A stretch of DNA of 63,581 bases, filler included, from Candidatus Omnitrophota bacterium (lineage in GTDB: Bacteria > Omnitrophota > Gorgyraeia > JAGLLT01): the NCBI GenBank assembly GCA_023140385.1. It is 4 parts of 4 records of this genome, joined end to end, with 100 filler letters (N's around TTAATTAATTAA, not from the genome) between each part and the next. Parts side by side here need not be neighbours in the genome. Positions count along the whole stretch, not along the records: positions 41,831 to 61,605 come from JAGLLT010000018.1; positions 61,706 to 63,581 come from JAGLLT010000027.1; 2 more parts are not named here. One strand, 5' to 3'. The translations under genes and the position numbers were made by a program. Each line of letters starts with the position of its first letter. Position 1 is the stretch's first letter. Below are positions 59,430 to 63,581 of the stretch, piece after piece. The notes under the pieces were generated by a model that was not told the DNA's origin, searched no databases, and worked only from the letters and a program-made list of their open reading frames with translations.

Positions 59430-60020
59430 ATGGCCGCGAACATTAATATTCTGCCCGGATTTAAAAGGGTGTTGAGCTATGAGATAGAAGTGTCTAAAAC
59501 AGCCGTTAAAGCCTTATCAGTTTCTGTCTTTATTGTGCTGATGGCGTTGGGCGCCTACGTAAGGATGCCTTTGCCTTTTACACCGGTTCCGGTCACATTG
59601 CAAACTCTATTTATAATGTTGGCGGCGGTTTGTCTGGGATGCAGGCTGGCCGGTTTGTCACAGCTTGGCTACCTCTTATTAGGCTGTTTAGGAGTGCCCG
59701 TTTTTGCCGGCGCCGCTTCCGGAATTTCTTATTTAACGGGAGTTACGGGAGGCTATTTGATCGGTTTTGTTTTGGCCGCTTATACCATTGGCTTTTTAAT
59801 GAAGTTGAGAGGCGGTCTCTTGTGGACGGCAGTTAGTTTTTTAAGCGGTTTTTTTGTTTTGTATTTGTCGGGGACACTCTGGTTAAAAGTAAGTATGAAC
59901 GTAACTTTTCAGGAGGCTTTTAGTTTGGGAGTCGCGCCCTTTATGCCCGGATGCTGCGTAAAAATGATAGCGGCCTTATCTTTTTATAAGACATTTAGAA
60001 ATAAGTTTAAGGGCTTTTGA
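59430..60020 (+). CDS. bioY: Biotin transporter BioY
   Basis: PFTPVPVTLQT, GVPVFAG, TGGYLIGF. Confidence 0.92.
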   Translation: MAANINILPGFKRVLSYEIEVSKTAVKALSVSVFIVLMALGAYVRMPLPFTPVPVTLQTLFIMLAAVCLGCRLAGLSQLGYLLLGCLGVPVFAGAASGISYLTGVTGGYLIGFVLAAYTIGFLMKLRGGLLWTAVSFLSGFFVLYLSGTLWLKVSMNVTFQEAFSLGVAPFMPGCCVKMIAALSFYKTFRNKFKGF

Positions 60021-60073
60021 ATAATAACTAATTAAATCCTCCCTGATTAAAAATTAAATTTTCAGATAACTTT

Positions 60074-60150
60074 GGCGGTGTAGCTCAGTTGGTTAGAGCA
60101 GTCGGCTCATACCCGGCGCGTCGGCCGTTCGAGTCGGCCCACCGCTACCA
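60074..60150 (+). tRNA. tRNA with CAT anticodon, most likely elongator tRNA-Met
   Basis: 77-nt cloverleaf: acceptor GGCGGTG/CACCGCT, D-arm AGCTCAGTTGGTTAGAGC, loop CTCATAC, TTCGAG T-loop, encoded CCA. Confidence 0.93.
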
Positions 60151-60155
60151 ATTTT

Positions 60156-61565
60156 ATGATAGTTCAGGATAAATTCATCAAAGCAATTGAAGAATACGGT
60201 ATGCTGAAAAAGAAGGATACCGTTTTAGCTGGTGTCTCAGGCGGCCCTGATTCAGTTGCCCTCTTAATGCTTCTTGCCGAGTTCAAAGATAGGTTCTCCC
60301 TCAAGGTACACGTTGTTCATTTTAATCATATGCTAAGAAAGAGAGAGGCGGAAAAAGAGGAGCGGTTTGTCAGAGTGCTGGCGAAGAATTTGGGGTTTTC
60401 GGTTACCGTCAGGCGCGGGAACGCGGCTCTTAAAGCAAAGAAAGACAGGCTCTCACTGGAAGATGCCGCCCGGCGCCTGCGTTATGACTTTTTTTTTAAG
60501 ATAGCAAGTAAATTTAAATCCGATAAAATTGCTCTGGGGCATACCCTGGATGATCAGGCTGAAACATTTATTATGCGCGCCGTCAGAGGCGCGGGCATAA
60601 GGGGGTTGGCCGGCATTTGGCCCGTACGCAAGATGAAAAATTGTTATATTATCAGGCCATTACTTAAAACGACAAAGAAGGAAGTTCTTGAGTACCTGAA
60701 AAAAAATAAGGCCGGCTTTTGTGTGGACTCCTCAAATCTGAATACCGTTTACCTCAGAAATGAAGTGCGGCTGAAAGTTATACCTTACCTGATGAGAAGG
60801 CACAACCCTCAAATAAAAGAAACACTGTCGAAAGAGGCGGAGCTTTTAAGGGAAGGCTATCAGTATATAAGCAAAGAGGCTCAAAAAGTTTTAAAGAAGC
60901 TGGAAAAAAAGTCTGCCGGCGGACTATCAATTGATCTGACTAAATTTAAAAAAATAGATGTTTGTCTACAGACAGAATTACTTTGCCAGCTTATTTCTAA
61001 AGTGAAGGGCGGCTTGAGCAGGATTTCTTTTGAGCACATATCAAATATGAAGACCTTGATTGGCCGGGAGCGGGGTACTTCAGAGCTCCATCTTCCGGGC
61101 GGGATAGAAGTCGTAAAAGAGTATAATTTTTTGAAGGTTTTTAAGAGGGTGCGCCGGAAAGAGACGGCTGGCGGCCTGCCGTTAAAACTTAAAATTCCCG
61201 GCCGTACAAAAATAAATAGCCTGGGGCTGGTAGTTGAGGCCGAGGCTCTTGATAAAAGTTCATTTAAACCGCAAAAATGCAAAAAGACGGAATTTATAGA
61301 TGCCGATAAATTAAAAGAAAAGATGCTTTTAAGAACGAGAAAATCTAATGATAGGTTTAAACCTCTGGGAATGAAAAAAAATAAAAGCCTTAAAGAGTTC
61401 TTTATTGATGCCAAGATACCGCGAAGGGCAAGAGAGAAAACTCTGCTTCTGGTATCAGGGCATAAAATTGTCTGGGTGGCTGGCCACCGCCTGTCAGAGG
61501 ACTTTAAAGTAGATAAAGAAACGAAAAGGGTTTTAAAATTAAAGTTAGGGGGGTTAAGTTTCTAA
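60156..61565 (+). CDS. tilS: tRNA(Ile)-lysidine synthase
   Basis: SGGPDS PP-loop, HFNHMLR, ARRLRY, GHTLDDQAET, IRPLL, DSSN, RNEVR, TilS C-domain. Confidence 0.96.
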   Translation: MIVQDKFIKAIEEYGMLKKKDTVLAGVSGGPDSVALLMLLAEFKDRFSLKVHVVHFNHMLRKREAEKEERFVRVLAKNLGFSVTVRRGNAALKAKKDRLSLEDAARRLRYDFFFKIASKFKSDKIALGHTLDDQAETFIMRAVRGAGIRGLAGIWPVRKMKNCYIIRPLLKTTKKEVLEYLKKNKAGFCVDSSNLNTVYLRNEVRLKVIPYLMRRHNPQIKETLSKEAELLREGYQYISKEAQKVLKKLEKKSAGGLSIDLTKFKKIDVCLQTELLCQLISKVKGGLSRISFEHISNMKTLIGRERGTSELHLPGGIEVVKEYNFLKVFKRVRRKETAGGLPLKLKIPGRTKINSLGLVVEAEALDKSSFKPQKCKKTEFIDADKLKEKMLLRTRKSNDRFKPLGMKKNKSLKEFFIDAKIPRRAREKTLLLVSGHKIVWVAGHRLSEDFKVDKETKRVLKLKLGGLSF

Positions 61566-61605
61566 AAAAAGTTCTAATCCCTGTAAATTGTAATCACAAG
61601 TGCGA

Positions 61606-61705
61606 NNNNNNNNNNNNNNNNNNNNNNNNNNNNNNNNNNNNNNNNNNNNTTAATTAATTAANNNNNNNNNNNNNNNNNNNNNNNNNNNNNNNNNNNNNNN
61701 NNNNN
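61606..61705. other. Artificial contig spacer
   Basis: N runs with TTAATTAATTAA. Confidence 0.98.
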
Positions 61706-61743
61706 AAGAAATGGTGATTGCTGAAAAATGAAAGAGCAAAAAC

Positions 61744-63432
61744 TTGAAATTTAGAAAATCGCTTATTTTTAATGTTACTATAGCCGTTATTGTTGCTTCC
61801 TGCTTGTTAGCTTTTTCGGGAAGAGGTTTTCTAAAGCGCATGGAATTAGGCAGCATGGATCTCCTTTTTCGTTTAAGAGGTTTGTCTTTATGCAGCCCCA
61901 ATATAGTTATTATAGAAATAGATGATGAAAATATCTCAAAGATTGGCAGATGGCCGTGGTCAAGAAAATGGCATACCGCGATTGTTAAAGCATTAGGAGA
62001 TCTGGGCGCGGAGTATATCTATTTTGATGTTATATTTTCTGAAGTATCTACCGAAGAAGATGATTTTATATTTACCGAAGCTATAAAAGAGGCGGGAAAT
62101 GTGTATCTGCCTTTTTCTTTTCAGGGGCGCTCGCAGGATTTTGAAGACGCGATTTTGCCCATAGAAAGGTTTTCCTCTCATATAAAAGGGACAGGTTCAA
62201 TAAATGTTTATCCTGATATAGATGGTGTGTTAAGAAGTATCCCCCTCTTTTTCATGTCTAAAGAAAATGTTTATTATAACATGGCGTTGACAATCGCTAT
62301 GGATTATTCAGATTTGAAGATTAAGGAGATAGCCGCCGATTATCTTGTTATGGCTAATGCCGCGGGGAAAGAGACAAAAATTCCTTTAATAGAAAAAAAT
62401 AAAATGCTGATTAATTGGACAGGCCAATGGGGAGACGCGTTTAAACATTATTCTTTTCTGGAAGTTTTAGCAGCCTATAAAGCTTCTTTGGAAGGCAAAA
62501 AGCCGGATATTGATTTAGAGCCATTTAAAAATAGTATTTGTATTGTTGCTGTTACAGCTATCGGGCTGTTTGATATAAAACCTACTCCCATTCAGTCTGA
62601 ATATCCCAGTGTAGGGGGGCTGGCCACATTAATAAGTAATATTTCAGAAAATAAATTTATGCAAACTCCTTCTCTTTGGGTAAAGTGGACGCTTGTTTAT
62701 ATTTTAACCTTAACCGCCTCCCTATTAATTTCGGGAAAGAATCCTTTGAGGGAATTTTTCTTGACCACTTGTGTAGGAGTAGTTTTTTTTACCTCGAGTT
62801 TTGTATTTTTTAAAAGAGGAATAATAATAAATTTTTCATTACCTTTGCTTGGTCTTTTGGTTAATTACATAACTATTAGTACTTATAACTTCGCGCGCGT
62901 CTCAATAGAAAAGCAGCGCCTTTCTAAATTAGCCAATACTGATGGACTGACAAATTTGTATAATCAAAGTTATTTCAAGATAGTCTTAAAGGCGGAACGT
63001 CTCGCGGCTAGATCTGAAGTTAACGGAAACAAAGGTTTTTGTGTAGCTATGATTGATATAGACAATTTTAAACATTTTAATGATACTTACGGGCACCAGG
63101 TTGGAGATTTGGTGTTAAAAGAGGTGGCAAATATCTTAAAATCTTCAATGCGTTCTTCAGATGTTGTGGCCAGGTACGGGGGGGAGGAAATGATTCTTCT
63201 CTTAAAAAATGCTTCACTAAAGAATGGCTTAACTCTAACGGAAAAAATAAGAAAGGCTATTGATGAACACCAATTGGTCGGAGAGAAAGGGGAAATATAT
63301 AAGGTAACTATAAGCGCGGGGGTGTCCGCTTACAATTTCCAAGATGACGAAAAGACAATAATATTTAGAGCAGATCAAGCCTTATACAAAGCTAAGAATT
63401 CAGGGAGAAACAGAGTAGCCGCTGAGGACTAA
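61744..63432 (+). CDS. CHASE2-domain diguanylate cyclase
   Basis: IGRWPWSR, PDIDGVLR (CHASE2), three TMs, DGLT, DIDNFK..NDTYGH..GD, RSSD I-site, RYGGEE. Confidence 0.92.
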   Translation: MKFRKSLIFNVTIAVIVASCLLAFSGRGFLKRMELGSMDLLFRLRGLSLCSPNIVIIEIDDENISKIGRWPWSRKWHTAIVKALGDLGAEYIYFDVIFSEVSTEEDDFIFTEAIKEAGNVYLPFSFQGRSQDFEDAILPIERFSSHIKGTGSINVYPDIDGVLRSIPLFFMSKENVYYNMALTIAMDYSDLKIKEIAADYLVMANAAGKETKIPLIEKNKMLINWTGQWGDAFKHYSFLEVLAAYKASLEGKKPDIDLEPFKNSICIVAVTAIGLFDIKPTPIQSEYPSVGGLATLISNISENKFMQTPSLWVKWTLVYILTLTASLLISGKNPLREFFLTTCVGVVFFTSSFVFFKRGIIINFSLPLLGLLVNYITISTYNFARVSIEKQRLSKLANTDGLTNLYNQSYFKIVLKAERLAARSEVNGNKGFCVAMIDIDNFKHFNDTYGHQVGDLVLKEVANILKSSMRSSDVVARYGGEEMILLLKNASLKNGLTLTEKIRKAIDEHQLVGEKGEIYKVTISAGVSAYNFQDDEKTIIFRADQALYKAKNSGRNRVAAED

Positions 63433-63581
63433 TTCTTCTTACAACAACAAGAACATCATGCTTTTTCTTCTTGAAAGTATTCAGTTTATAAGGTAAGCTA
63501 TTAAGCAGATAATAGCGGACAGCACATCAACAAAGCGGTTTTTGTATATAACTTTTTACGTAGGAAAAAGCGGGAGGAAAT

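Overview
The window is four contigs (1-30470, 30571-41730, 41831-61605, 61706-63581) joined by three artificial 100-nt N spacers containing TTAATTAATTAA, so adjacency across spacers is not biological. Gene content fits an anaerobic diderm bacterium; Ca. Omnitrophota/PVC is my inference only. Contig 1 starts with a housekeeping run (thi4, panD, trxB, def, amrS, TonB-dependent receptor). It then carries an ~18-kb block: DUF3793, flavodoxin, four large acidic pilin-like genes, PilMN/O/P-like genes, secretin, PilT, PilB, PilC, then a DtxR-family repressor and feoA-feoA-feoB. Both promoters of this block carry the same TGTTAG-N6-CTAACA palindrome over their -10 element. This suggests an iron/manganese-repressed type IV filament/type II secretion hybrid, the best candidate for an undescribed system. 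Contig 2 (minus strand) has the end of a giant repeat-containing surface protein with exported partners and a pilin-like gene, then aroA and mreB. Contig 3 has a Ser/Thr kinase, a direct-repeat-flanked AT-rich insert and secreted repeat proteins. It also has a MarR-led lipid-like operon (SPT-like PLP enzyme, lipid kinase, SDR-radical SAM fusion, UbiA prenyltransferase; second candidate system), a decayed mobile patch, and accA-bioY-tRNA(CAT)-tilS. Contig 4 encodes a CHASE2-GGDEF protein. All calls come from motif recognition by eye; no database searches were run.
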